Both the position numbers and the translations under genes were made by a program. Below, piece after piece: positions 54,851 to 63,999 of a stretch of DNA of 64,000 nucleotides. The DNA comes from Promethearchaeota archaeon Loki_b32 (GTDB taxonomy: Archaea > Asgardarchaeota > Lokiarchaeia > Sigyniarchaeales > SOKP01), in assembly GCA_005223125.1 (NCBI GenBank), contig NJBH01000006.1, positions 46,316 through 110,315 on the forward strand, given 5' to 3'. Every line of letters begins with the position of its first letter. Positions within the stretch are counted from its first letter, which is position 1. The notes beneath the pieces are model-generated. The model ran no database searches. It was not told the origin of the DNA and saw only the letters and a program-made list of their open reading frames with translations.

Positions 54851-56041
54851 ATGGCAAAATTTAAATCGGTAGTAATTTTTCTAGCGATATTTTGCTTAAT
54901 TGGTATAATCCATGGTGCTCTTCTAAATTCAATTAATGTTTTTGTAACTTGGTTGTTAATTGGAATTTGGTTAATTTATTCTTTCAAAGTTCTAAAAAAT
55001 ATCAAACAATATCGTGAATTTAATTCTCCTCATAATACTGCTTTTTTTACCATTGGTCCTGTTTTAATGGGAATTTTTTATTCAGTGTGGAGTAATTTCA
55101 CAGGTTTATTAGGAGAAAATCTTTTAGAAAGTACAGATTTATATTTAAGTTGGTGGAGTATACTATTTGGATTTCCCTATATATTATATGGTTCGATTTC
55201 TTTATACCGTTGTTTTAAAAAGTATAATGTAATACATTTTAGAAGGAAATCAATAAAAGCACGCACATTTGGTTTTATTTTAGGAATCTCCATTCTCCTG
55301 TTTATAATTATATACTGGATAAGTTTTTATTCAATTATAGACTTTTATGAATCTTTAATAACACCTCTCCATTTTTTAATAGATCTCAATCTATTAATAT
55401 TACTTATCAGTACTATACTACTATTAATAGTCCCTGGCTTGTTTGGTGCTCAAACTCCATTACCTCAACTAACTAGAGATTACATAGCAAGACGTACAAG
55501 CAGATTAAACAATTTAACATCACCCACCCCTAATCGACAAAGACAAACTGTTCGTACTACAACTAGATCATCTCCAACACCTTCAACAAGAACAGTTGCT
55601 CGCACAACAAGATCAGTTTCTCGTTCTGCAAGATCAACGCCTACAACAAATAGATATTCTACAAGCTCTAGAGAAAAAAAAACTACTCAAACTGTAGGCA
55701 GAAGAGCAACAGGACCAGTGCGAAGAAAAAAAACTGTTACAAAAATAAGCAATTTCAATTTATATAAACCAAAAGCAGCACGTCTTTCAACAGAGGATTT
55801 TAAATGTATTTTTTGTTTTAAGTTACCAGAATATCCTAAAGATAATGGTAGAGGAATAATATTGTGTCCAAAATGTAAATACCCCGCTCATGCTGACGAA
55901 TTTAAAGATTGGCTTCAAAGTTCTAACCTATGTTCTCGGTGTAATACACCAATTCCCTCAAGCTTTAGAAGAAATCCTAAAACCATAAGTGTAAAAAATT
56001 ATATAATCGTCATTAAGCATTTTGTAAGTAATAGGAGATGA
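54851..56041 (+). CDS. polytopic membrane protein with R/S/T/P-rich linker and C-terminal RING-like zinc finger (candidate E3)
   Basis: ~6 TM helices; ~80-aa low-complexity basic linker; CIFC-x16-CPKC-x4-H-x13-CSRC. Confidence 0.65.
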   Translation: MAKFKSVVIFLAIFCLIGIIHGALLNSINVFVTWLLIGIWLIYSFKVLKNIKQYREFNSPHNTAFFTIGPVLMGIFYSVWSNFTGLLGENLLESTDLYLSWWSILFGFPYILYGSISLYRCFKKYNVIHFRRKSIKARTFGFILGISILLFIIIYWISFYSIIDFYESLITPLHFLIDLNLLILLISTILLLIVPGLFGAQTPLPQLTRDYIARRTSRLNNLTSPTPNRQRQTVRTTTRSSPTPSTRTVARTTRSVSRSARSTPTTNRYSTSSREKKTTQTVGRRATGPVRRKKTVTKISNFNLYKPKAARLSTEDFKCIFCFKLPEYPKDNGRGIILCPKCKYPAHADEFKDWLQSSNLCSRCNTPIPSSFRRNPKTISVKNYIIVIKHFVSNRR

Positions 56042-56074
56042 AATAGGAAAAAGGATTTAAATATATTATTTTTT

Positions 56075-57010
56075 TTATTTTAACTTTTGTTTTAACGCCC
56101 CAATAGTAGTTTTTAATTCAGCATAAACATTAAAAATATGAATTGATTCAAAACTTTCAATTTTAAATTTGATTTCGAAATTATCTTCAATGTTAGGAAA
56201 ATCTCTTAACATGAAGTTTTTTGCCATTTCTCTAATCACATCTTCTGAAAATAACGGTTTTAGATGAGCGCTTCTTACTAATTCAGCTTCTTCAGGTCTT
56301 TTTAACACAGATTGTATTTTCCCACTCATTGAGTCTTCTATTACTTCAATAATATCTAAAACATCAATTTTATGGCCTGTTAAATCCTTTATTTGGACAA
56401 TTATTGATCCAATAGATCTTTGATTATGTGAGGAAAAAGGAAGTATATTTATTAATTTCTTAAGATCTTCTTCGCTAACATTTATATCTTTTCTTGTTTT
56501 AATTATTTCTTCGGCATATTCTTGAGACATTTCTTTAGCACAGGGACATACAGTTATCCCGACTGCGCTCGCACCCACAAAATAGTTAAAATCAATCTTT
56601 CCAGCTTCATCTCTTTTAGCTCTTACAAAAGAACTAATATTATAAGATTTTTGGATATTTCTGGAATTATTTTCTCTTACCTGAACAATTATTTTTCCTT
56701 CTAATTTAACTTCCGCTTTTGATGAATATGGATGTCTTTCTAAGAGTTTTTTAACGATTCTATCACCTACTAATTCAATTGTAGGCGTTGGTTTGTAAAT
56801 TACTTCATTTATAACTTCCTCTATTGTTTCAGAAGTACGCGACATATGTATTCCACGCTGTTTTGCGGGAAGATTAATCAGTGCTGAGATCGTGGGGTAA
56901 AATGAGTATTTTTTATTTTCTTGTACGATTTCAACTTTTTTCTCTAGTTCTACTATTCCAACTTTATCAATTGCAATGTCAATTGCTGAACCGGAATCCT
57001 GTAAATCCAT
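56075..57010 (-). CDS. mptA: GTP cyclohydrolase MptA (FolE2/type IB family)
   Basis: KQRGIHMSRTSE and ITVCPCAKEMSQE family signatures. Confidence 0.8.
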   Translation of the reverse strand: MDLQDSGSAIDIAIDKVGIVELEKKVEIVQENKKYSFYPTISALINLPAKQRGIHMSRTSETIEEVINEVIYKPTPTIELVGDRIVKKLLERHPYSSKAEVKLEGKIIVQVRENNSRNIQKSYNISSFVRAKRDEAGKIDFNYFVGASAVGITVCPCAKEMSQEYAEEIIKTRKDINVSEEDLKKLINILPFSSHNQRSIGSIIVQIKDLTGHKIDVLDIIEVIEDSMSGKIQSVLKRPEEAELVRSAHLKPLFSEDVIREMAKNFMLRDFPNIEDNFEIKFKIESFESIHIFNVYAELKTTIGALKQKLK

Positions 57011-57120
57011 TTTAAACTCGTGAATTTTAAATCACCAGAATTAAAAAATAATTTTATTTTGTTCTATTCATAAAGAAGATTAGATAAAATATAAAATAAT
57101 TTGAATTTTTCAAGAACTAA

Positions 57121-58290
57121 ATGCCTAATAAAAGTATTTTCAGCAAATTTGCATTAATAGGAGAAGATTTAGAACTTAAGCAAGATGTTTTATTAGAAAT
57201 CGATGAAGAAGGAAAGATAATTAACATCACAGATAATAATCCAGATATACACATCGAAATTTTTAAAAACGGTCAAAATTATTTGCTAATACCAGGCTTT
57301 ATTAATTCTCATACACATATAGGTGATAATTTTGCGAAAGAAGTTGGTTTTAATAAAGATTTGGTGGAGGTAGTTGCCCCACCATTTGGTCTTAAACATA
57401 AATTATTAAGACAAATCCCTGAACACATTAAAATTAAAGGAATTCAAAACGCAGTTTTAGAAATGCTTTCAAATGGTATTATATTTTTCATTGATTTTAG
57501 AGAGGGAGGTATTGAAGGTGTAAATCTTCTAAAAAAAGCACTTATTAAGAGTCCAATTAACTATATAATCTTAGGGCGATTTATGGATGAAAGTGAAATA
57601 GATTCTTATTTTGATTTAGCAGATGGAGTTGGATTATCTAGTTATAAACAAATTACTTCATCAAATGAAAAATATATTATAGCAGCCAAACAGAAATATA
57701 AAAAAATCATTGCTTGTCATTGTGCTGAAAAAACTCGCATTGATCTTTTAATAAATAAAATGTTTAATGAGAATCTTGTTGATGTCATCGTTCATGGTAC
57801 TAAATTTATCAAAAAAGATTTAGAAAAATTGATAGAAAATAAAAAATCTCTTGTTTTATGTCCTCGTTGTAATGGATATTTTGGAACTGGATTTCCACCC
57901 ATTAATGAAATTATAAAATTAGGAATTCCCTTATCATTAGGAACAGATAATTTAATGGTAAATAATCCCGATTTATTTGAAGAAATACGATATTTTTATC
58001 GGATTTCGAGAGTATTATGTAGTTATGATAAAGAACTTCAGTTTACTTCTAAAGATTTATTGAAAATGGTAACAATAAACGCCGCAAAAAATTTTAATCT
58101 TGAAAATGAGTTTGGTTCAATTTCAAAAGGAAAATTTGCTGATCTTTTTATAGTCGATCTCAATTGTCCAAATCTTTTTTCTTCTATATTAGATTCTAAT
58201 AATATATATAATTTAATTACTCAAAGAGTAAAATCAGAAAATATAATTAAGACCTATATTAAAGGAGAATTAGTGTTTGAAAGAAAGTAA
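57121..58290 (+). CDS. amidohydrolase-superfamily deaminase/chlorohydrolase-like protein (COG0402-like)
   Basis: PGFINSHTHIGD metal-binding start, HCAE, VHGT, GTDN. Confidence 0.7.
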   Translation: MPNKSIFSKFALIGEDLELKQDVLLEIDEEGKIINITDNNPDIHIEIFKNGQNYLLIPGFINSHTHIGDNFAKEVGFNKDLVEVVAPPFGLKHKLLRQIPEHIKIKGIQNAVLEMLSNGIIFFIDFREGGIEGVNLLKKALIKSPINYIILGRFMDESEIDSYFDLADGVGLSSYKQITSSNEKYIIAAKQKYKKIIACHCAEKTRIDLLINKMFNENLVDVIVHGTKFIKKDLEKLIENKKSLVLCPRCNGYFGTGFPPINEIIKLGIPLSLGTDNLMVNNPDLFEEIRYFYRISRVLCSYDKELQFTSKDLLKMVTINAAKNFNLENEFGSISKGKFADLFIVDLNCPNLFSSILDSNNIYNLITQRVKSENIIKTYIKGELVFERK

Positions 58291-58942
58291 CAAGCCCTAT
58301 GTCATTTTAAGCGCTGCAATGACTATTGATGGTAAAATCGCCACTAAGAAGGGCGATTCAGAATTATCCGATAAAGCGGATTGGAAAGAAGTACATAAAC
58401 TCCGAACTCAAGTTGATGCTATAATGGTAGGTAAGGGGACTATTTTAAAAGACAATCCAAAATTGCATATTAAATATTATAATCATCGAGGATATTATAG
58501 ACTTGTTCTAGACAGTAATTTAACGATTCCATTAGATTCCAATGTCATATCTTTTCAACAAGAAATTTATCCTACAATTATTTGTACCACTGAAAATGTA
58601 CCATTGGATAAAATAAAAAAGTATGAAGATAAAGGTGTTAAAATTATAAATGTTGGAGATGACAAACGCGTGAGTCTAATAAAACTTTTACCTATCCTAA
58701 AAAATTTAGGAATAAATACCATATTACTGGAAGGTGGTGGCAATTTGAATTGGAGTTTTATAGAAAATAATTTAATTAATGAAATACGGTTAACTATAGC
58801 TCCCTGGATTGTTGGTGGAAAGGAAGCAACAAGCCTAGTAGAAGGAATAGGATTTGAAAAGATAGTAAGTGCACCTAGATTTGAGCTTTTTGATGTTAAA
58901 GTTAGAACTTATTACATTACTCTAAGATATAAAAGGAAGTAG
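58277..58942 (+). CDS. 2,5-diamino-6-ribosylamino-4(3H)-pyrimidinone 5'-phosphate reductase (RibD C-terminal-domain type, archaeal)
   Basis: YVILSAAMTIDGKIATKKGDSELS...HKLRTQVDAIMVGKGTILKDNPKL...LLEGGGNLNWSF; TTG start overlapping the amidohydrolase by 14 nt. Confidence 0.8.
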   Translation: MKESNKPYVILSAAMTIDGKIATKKGDSELSDKADWKEVHKLRTQVDAIMVGKGTILKDNPKLHIKYYNHRGYYRLVLDSNLTIPLDSNVISFQQEIYPTIICTTENVPLDKIKKYEDKGVKIINVGDDKRVSLIKLLPILKNLGINTILLEGGGNLNWSFIENNLINEIRLTIAPWIVGGKEATSLVEGIGFEKIVSAPRFELFDVKVRTYYITLRYKRK

Positions 58943-58944
58943 TG

Positions 58945-60051
58945 ATGAGGGAAAATAAAATCACACAGTTAAAAAACCTGAAATTTAATAAAATAAGAGA
59001 AAAGGTTAAAGAAATAAAAACTGAATTATCTGAACAAGAACGTAGTGTGATTACTTACTCGAGAAATTTCACACTTTCTCTTTCAAACTATTGTGTTAAT
59101 CAGTGTGGATATTGTTATTATAATTATAAAATTCCTAAGCTAAATAGTGAAGATAATGTAATATTGCTTAGGAATGAGCAAATTGTGTCATATATTCAAG
59201 AAGCTCTTCAATATAATTGTAAAGAAGCCCTGATTATGTCTGGAGAACGCCCTGGAAGTTTTCAAGAAGTTAAAGAAGAATTGAAAAAAAGAAATTGTTC
59301 AGATTTTATAGAGTATGTAAAAAACGTTTGTACATATTTACTTGATTCTAAAATTCTACCTCATTCAAATTTAGGATTTTTAACTTATGATGAATTAATG
59401 GATTTAAAAAAATACAATGCTAGTATGGGGTTGATGCTTGAGGGTACTAGCATGAAACTTTTTAAAAAAGGGGAAGTTCATGAACATTCTCCTGGAAAAT
59501 TACCAAAAAAGAGAATAAAGCACATTACTGATGCCGGAAAATTAAAAATTCCGCTTACTACGGGATTATTGGTCGGTATTGGAGAGGTAATTGCAGATAT
59601 CATAGAAGATTTACATTTAATAAAAAATATCCATAAAAAATATGGACATATTCAAGAAGTTATTATTCAGAATTTTGTAAGGAAAGATAAGATTCCATAT
59701 CAACCTAAAAAGCCAATTGCCATCGAAGAGGTGCTAAGAATAACTGGAATAGCTCGAATTATTTTAGAAAATGAAATTGCGATTCAAGTTCCGCCTAACC
59801 TCATAGCTGGTTTTGAAAAGCATTTTCTCGATATGGGAGTTGATGATTTTGGAGGTATTTCTCCGTTTACATTAGATTATATAAATCCTAAAAAAATTTG
59901 GCCTCAAATTGATAATTTGAATAAAATTTGTAACGATAAAGGTTTTACACTCAAAGAGAGACTCCCTATATATGATAAGTTTGTAAATAAAGAAGGATTT
60001 TGCTCAGAAAATATTAAAAAAATAATTGATAATATAAATCTAGATGACTAA
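58945..60051 (+). CDS. cofG: FO (7,8-didemethyl-8-hydroxy-5-deazariboflavin) synthase subunit CofG, radical SAM
   Basis: CVNQCGYCYY cluster motif, size, and position before a CofH-like gene. Confidence 0.75.
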   Translation: MRENKITQLKNLKFNKIREKVKEIKTELSEQERSVITYSRNFTLSLSNYCVNQCGYCYYNYKIPKLNSEDNVILLRNEQIVSYIQEALQYNCKEALIMSGERPGSFQEVKEELKKRNCSDFIEYVKNVCTYLLDSKILPHSNLGFLTYDELMDLKKYNASMGLMLEGTSMKLFKKGEVHEHSPGKLPKKRIKHITDAGKLKIPLTTGLLVGIGEVIADIIEDLHLIKNIHKKYGHIQEVIIQNFVRKDKIPYQPKKPIAIEEVLRITGIARIILENEIAIQVPPNLIAGFEKHFLDMGVDDFGGISPFTLDYINPKKIWPQIDNLNKICNDKGFTLKERLPIYDKFVNKEGFCSENIKKIIDNINLDD

Positions 60052-61174
60052 TTCGCAATTTTTTGAACATATTAAATCAAATATAAAAGCGATTTTACAG
60101 AAGGCTTTAAATTCAGAGGAATTAAGCTCAGATGAAGCGCTAGAGTTATTAAAAGTAAAGGGAAAAGAATTCTTTGCCCTTCAGTATGTAGCTGATCAGA
60201 TCTGCTTTGAAAAAATGCAAAATATTGTAACCTTCGTAATAAATAGAAATATTAACTTTACAAATATTTGCTATCAGCATTGTAAATTCTGTTCTTTCAG
60301 TTTGCCAGCAACCCACACTAACGCATTCTTACTCACTATTGAACAAATTAGTGAAAAAGTAATTGAGGCAAAAAAAATTGGATGTACTGAAGTTTGTATT
60401 CAAGGAGGTATAAATCCAGATTTAAAGTTTGAATTTTATTTAGATATACTTAAAATTGTTAAGAAAATAGATCCAAATATTCATATTCATGCTTTTTCTC
60501 CACAAGAATTATTTTACATGTCAAAATTGTATGAGAACTCAATAGAAGATACTTTAAAGGAATTAAAAAAAGCGGGATTAGATTCAATTCCAGGAACAGC
60601 AGCAGAGATTTTAGTAGATGATATTCGGAAAATTATATGTCCTAATAAAGTTTCTACTCTACAATGGATTAACATCATTACTACTGCCCATAATTTGGGA
60701 ATCCCAACGACATCGACAATAATGTACGGGCATATAGAATCATTAAATGATCGAGTTACACATTTAGATGTTTTAAGAGAAATTCAAAAAGAAACTAAAG
60801 GCTTTACTGAACTTGTACCTTTACCTTTTGTAAAAGAAAACCCTATGTTATCTAAACTTGAAGATTTTCCGTTAAATCCAACCTATGGAATGGATGATTT
60901 AAAATTATTTTGTGTATCTCGGATATTTTTAAATGATTATATTGATAATATACAATGCAGTTGGGTAAAATTAGGTCCAAAATTTGCTCAGGTGTCTTTA
61001 AATTTTGGAGTAAACGATTTCTCAGGAACATTAATGGAAGAAAATATATCAAGAAGCGCTGGAGCAGAATTTGGTCAATATTTACCACCCGAAGAAATAA
61101 TTAATATAGTTAAAGCTGCTGGAAAGAAACCTACACAAAGGGATACTCTATATAATATATTGAAATATTATTAA
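60044..61174 (+). CDS. cofH: FO synthase subunit CofH, radical SAM
   Basis: NRNINFTNICYQHCKFCSF; overlaps cofG by 8 nt. MqnC/MqnE cannot be strictly excluded without a search. Confidence 0.7.
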   Translation: MTNSQFFEHIKSNIKAILQKALNSEELSSDEALELLKVKGKEFFALQYVADQICFEKMQNIVTFVINRNINFTNICYQHCKFCSFSLPATHTNAFLLTIEQISEKVIEAKKIGCTEVCIQGGINPDLKFEFYLDILKIVKKIDPNIHIHAFSPQELFYMSKLYENSIEDTLKELKKAGLDSIPGTAAEILVDDIRKIICPNKVSTLQWINIITTAHNLGIPTTSTIMYGHIESLNDRVTHLDVLREIQKETKGFTELVPLPFVKENPMLSKLEDFPLNPTYGMDDLKLFCVSRIFLNDYIDNIQCSWVKLGPKFAQVSLNFGVNDFSGTLMEENISRSAGAEFGQYLPPEEIINIVKAAGKKPTQRDTLYNILKYY

Positions 61175-61176
61175 AA

Positions 61177-63033
61177 TTAATGACTTTGTAGATATTCTAG
61201 AATATAGCGTTGTGCTATTAGATCCGAATTAACCATACCCAAAACTTTTCCCTGTTCTACTACTGGCATTGCAGAAATTTGGTATTGCTCTAATTCACGA
61301 ACTATGTCTATAATGGAAAAATCTGGAGATGCTATAACAACATCCTTAGTTATTACTTTATCAAGAATGACATCACAACTATTAGAGGCGACCGCGGCAG
61401 TTATATCCCAATCTGTTACAACTCCTACAAGTTTGTTCTCAGAAAGTACTGCAATTATTCCACTTTTATTTTGTATCATTAATGCAGCAGCCTCCTGTAT
61501 TTTACTTTTTACATCAATTGTTGGTATTGGAATCATTATGTCTTTTGCTGTACGTTCCCTTTCCTTAACAGTTAAACGTTGAAGACTGATACGTTCAGCT
61601 GCCGTGCATGGAAGCATATCAGGGTGTGCTGCTAATAAATCAACTAATTCACTCATATTACGATGAATTACATCTTCCCTATATTCCTCACCTGCTTTTA
61701 AACGTTGTTTTGAAAGCTCAATAAACTCTTTTGAATAACCTTTTAACCATTTTTCTACTGCTTTACGATCTCCTAATATTTCTTCCGGTATTTGTAATTG
61801 ATCCGGAGATTTAATGATATGTTCTTGAGCAGCAAAAATTACACCTCCAGAATTTACAAGGTAATCGTTAGCAATCATTACTCCTTTTTCTCCGTATACA
61901 ATTTGCTCCATTCGAGTTCGTGCCGCCTTTCGATTAGGATCTGGAGAATAGGTATTTGCTCCTTCTATAATCACAACCCATTTTCCCATACGATCCACGG
62001 TTATCGATGGATTTTCAGAAGCTCTTACACCTAGATAGTTGAATATTGGAGCTGCAGGAACTAAGCAAAAAGCATTTTCGAGAAGTAAATTATTTCTATT
62101 AGTAGAAAATTTTGTAGGGTGTTTATATCCCTCTGAAAAAATCTTTTCTTTAAAAAAAATATTAGTAACTAAACGTTTTTCTTCCCATATTTTAAAAAGT
62201 TCCCTAATCGGTAACCCTGACTCATTATACAAATAGCCTTCCAAATCACTTACACCTATTACTTTAGCATCAGGAATTCTTTCATATAATATACGTGCTG
62301 CATGAGCCCCAACAGCTCCGAAACCTTGAATCAAAATTTTAAGATCTTTGGTTTCTGGAATTTCTAAGTTAACAAATTGGGGAAGAACTCTTAATCTCGG
62401 CATTATCTCTAATAACGTTTGCAAAGCAATTACAACACCTCCTGCTGCTGCGCCGAGTTCATCAATCCGATTTCCTCCCATATCTGCAGGTTTAGAAAGA
62501 ACACTATCTATACCATTCTCAATTGCAATGGTCTTCATATCAGCATCATTAGTACCAACATCTGGCCCTGGAAGATAAATATTACTATATCGCTTAATTA
62601 AGCGCGCAAAGCCACCAATTACTTTATCATGTTCCTCTAGCGAGAGATCTCTTTCAGCAACAATCCCAGATTTTCCACCACCATATGGAAGATTAGCTGC
62701 TGCGTTTTTTAGCGTCATACCTCTAGCTAAATTATGAATATCTGAAGGTACTATATCTGGGAGCATTCTTATCCCTCCCATTGATGGAGAACCCATAGAC
62801 AGGTTGTCAACTACTAAATATCCCCCAATTTCTAACTCTGATGTTTCATCCCATAAGCAAGCAACAAGATGAGGCCCTAATTTATCAACAACAATCCCGA
62901 TTCGAGATAAAAGGTGCTCATCTATATTACTAAACTCTAAATAACATTTACCATTATCTTTTTTAAGTCGGGTTTTGAGCGTTGCTTCTGGGAGACGCTC
63001 ATGAAGAAATGATTTCATTTTTTTTGGTATCAT
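61177..63033 (-). CDS. Glu/Leu/Phe/Val-family (glutamate) dehydrogenase fused to a C-terminal CBS pair
   Basis: GGIRMLPD, LPYGGGKSGI, IQGFGAVGAHAA; two CBS modules in the last ~125 aa. Confidence 0.8.
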   Translation of the reverse strand: MIPKKMKSFLHERLPEATLKTRLKKDNGKCYLEFSNIDEHLLSRIGIVVDKLGPHLVACLWDETSELEIGGYLVVDNLSMGSPSMGGIRMLPDIVPSDIHNLARGMTLKNAAANLPYGGGKSGIVAERDLSLEEHDKVIGGFARLIKRYSNIYLPGPDVGTNDADMKTIAIENGIDSVLSKPADMGGNRIDELGAAAGGVVIALQTLLEIMPRLRVLPQFVNLEIPETKDLKILIQGFGAVGAHAARILYERIPDAKVIGVSDLEGYLYNESGLPIRELFKIWEEKRLVTNIFFKEKIFSEGYKHPTKFSTNRNNLLLENAFCLVPAAPIFNYLGVRASENPSITVDRMGKWVVIIEGANTYSPDPNRKAARTRMEQIVYGEKGVMIANDYLVNSGGVIFAAQEHIIKSPDQLQIPEEILGDRKAVEKWLKGYSKEFIELSKQRLKAGEEYREDVIHRNMSELVDLLAAHPDMLPCTAAERISLQRLTVKERERTAKDIMIPIPTIDVKSKIQEAAALMIQNKSGIIAVLSENKLVGVVTDWDITAAVASNSCDVILDKVITKDVVIASPDFSIIDIVRELEQYQISAMPVVEQGKVLGMVNSDLIAQRYILEYLQSH

Positions 63034-63215
63034 AATATCAACCTATTGAAGGCAATTTCACTAGTAAAAGTATGATATATAAGTATAATAATTATTTAAA
63101 TTTCAACTCATTAACTTCTAATAAAATTTAGTTAATGCAATTTTTTATTGAATTAACAATTTTATTAATTATCTTATTAAAAATCAAAATTAATATTAAA
63201 ATTATAAAGAAACAA

Positions 63216-63515
63216 ATGGTGGTTGTAATTCCAATAACCTTAATTGCTACAGTTCGAGTGAAAAATGGAAGTATGGAAAAGGCAATTGAAGCCTTAAAAG
63301 AAGTTGTACCTAAAATAAAAGAATCAGAACCAGGATGTTTACAATACATTCCTCACACAATAAAGGGAGAGGAAAATTCAATTATTTTTTATGAAGTATA
63401 TGCTGATTCTGATGCATTGAAACAACATAATAAAAATTTAGGTAAGAACATGGCAAAACTAGGTCCACTTTTAGAACCTGGAATCGATGTAAAGAAATGT
63501 CATGAAATTGTTTAA
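63216..63515 (+). CDS. ABM-domain (antibiotic biosynthesis monooxygenase-like) protein
   Basis: IATVRVKNGSMEKAIEALKEV...GCLQY...IIFYEVYADSDALKQH; the internal ATG at 63216 is preferred over the low-complexity track start at 63135. Confidence 0.55.
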   Translation: MVVVIPITLIATVRVKNGSMEKAIEALKEVVPKIKESEPGCLQYIPHTIKGEENSIIFYEVYADSDALKQHNKNLGKNMAKLGPLLEPGIDVKKCHEIV

Positions 63516-63531
63516 TACATAATTTTTTTTT

Positions 63532-63999
63532 TTATTCATCTTGGATATAAGGTTTTCCAAAAAATATGCAAATTTCTGCTTTTTTCAATTCTCTACCTAA
63601 ATAATTTAAATGATATACATCTTGCGTCAATTTAGATTGAATTATCTTTTTACTTAGTGCTTCAGAATTATCTCCAATAAAAGTCTGGAGTAAAATATCA
63701 TCATTTGTATAGAAGAGAACATAAATTTTTCTTAAATAATGATTTACATAAATCCTAAAATAACCGTTTTCATCAGGAGTATATTCAGGAATTAATTCAT
63801 TTACTAATATTGCTCTTTTGTCATTAAATTTTGGTGTTTTTTCATTTATTTTTCCCTTGGCTCTGAAAACTGAAATGCCTTGATTTATAGGAGGTGTTTT
63901 TTTGTGTTTAGCTACAAAATTTAACTTTACACTTTCTTTTAGTTCTCTTACTCCTCCCATCAATTTTGTACTATGTTCAACAGTAAAAAGAACGCCCAT
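63532..63999 (-). CDS. DUF4346-like domain protein; may continue beyond the window edge
   Basis: C-terminal GYFRIYV...HLNYLGRELKKAEICIFFGKPYIQDE resembles, from memory, the domain found with pterin-binding / MtrA-like proteins. Confidence 0.35.
   Translation of the reverse strand: MGVLFTVEHSTKLMGGVRELKESVKLNFVAKHKKTPPINQGISVFRAKGKINEKTPKFNDKRAILVNELIPEYTPDENGYFRIYVNHYLRKIYVLFYTNDDILLQTFIGDNSEALSKKIIQSKLTQDVYHLNYLGRELKKAEICIFFGKPYIQDE

Noticed and set aside
49455-56041. Ubl-E1-E2-JAMM set as a bacterial-type antiphage module (Bil/CBASS-like)
   Set aside because: The E2 is a canonical eukaryote-like UBC with the HPN triad and a separate E1. A RING-like partner is present, and no cyclase, effector or other defence genes flank it. 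The eukaryote-type housekeeping interpretation fits better, although a defence role cannot be excluded from sequence alone.
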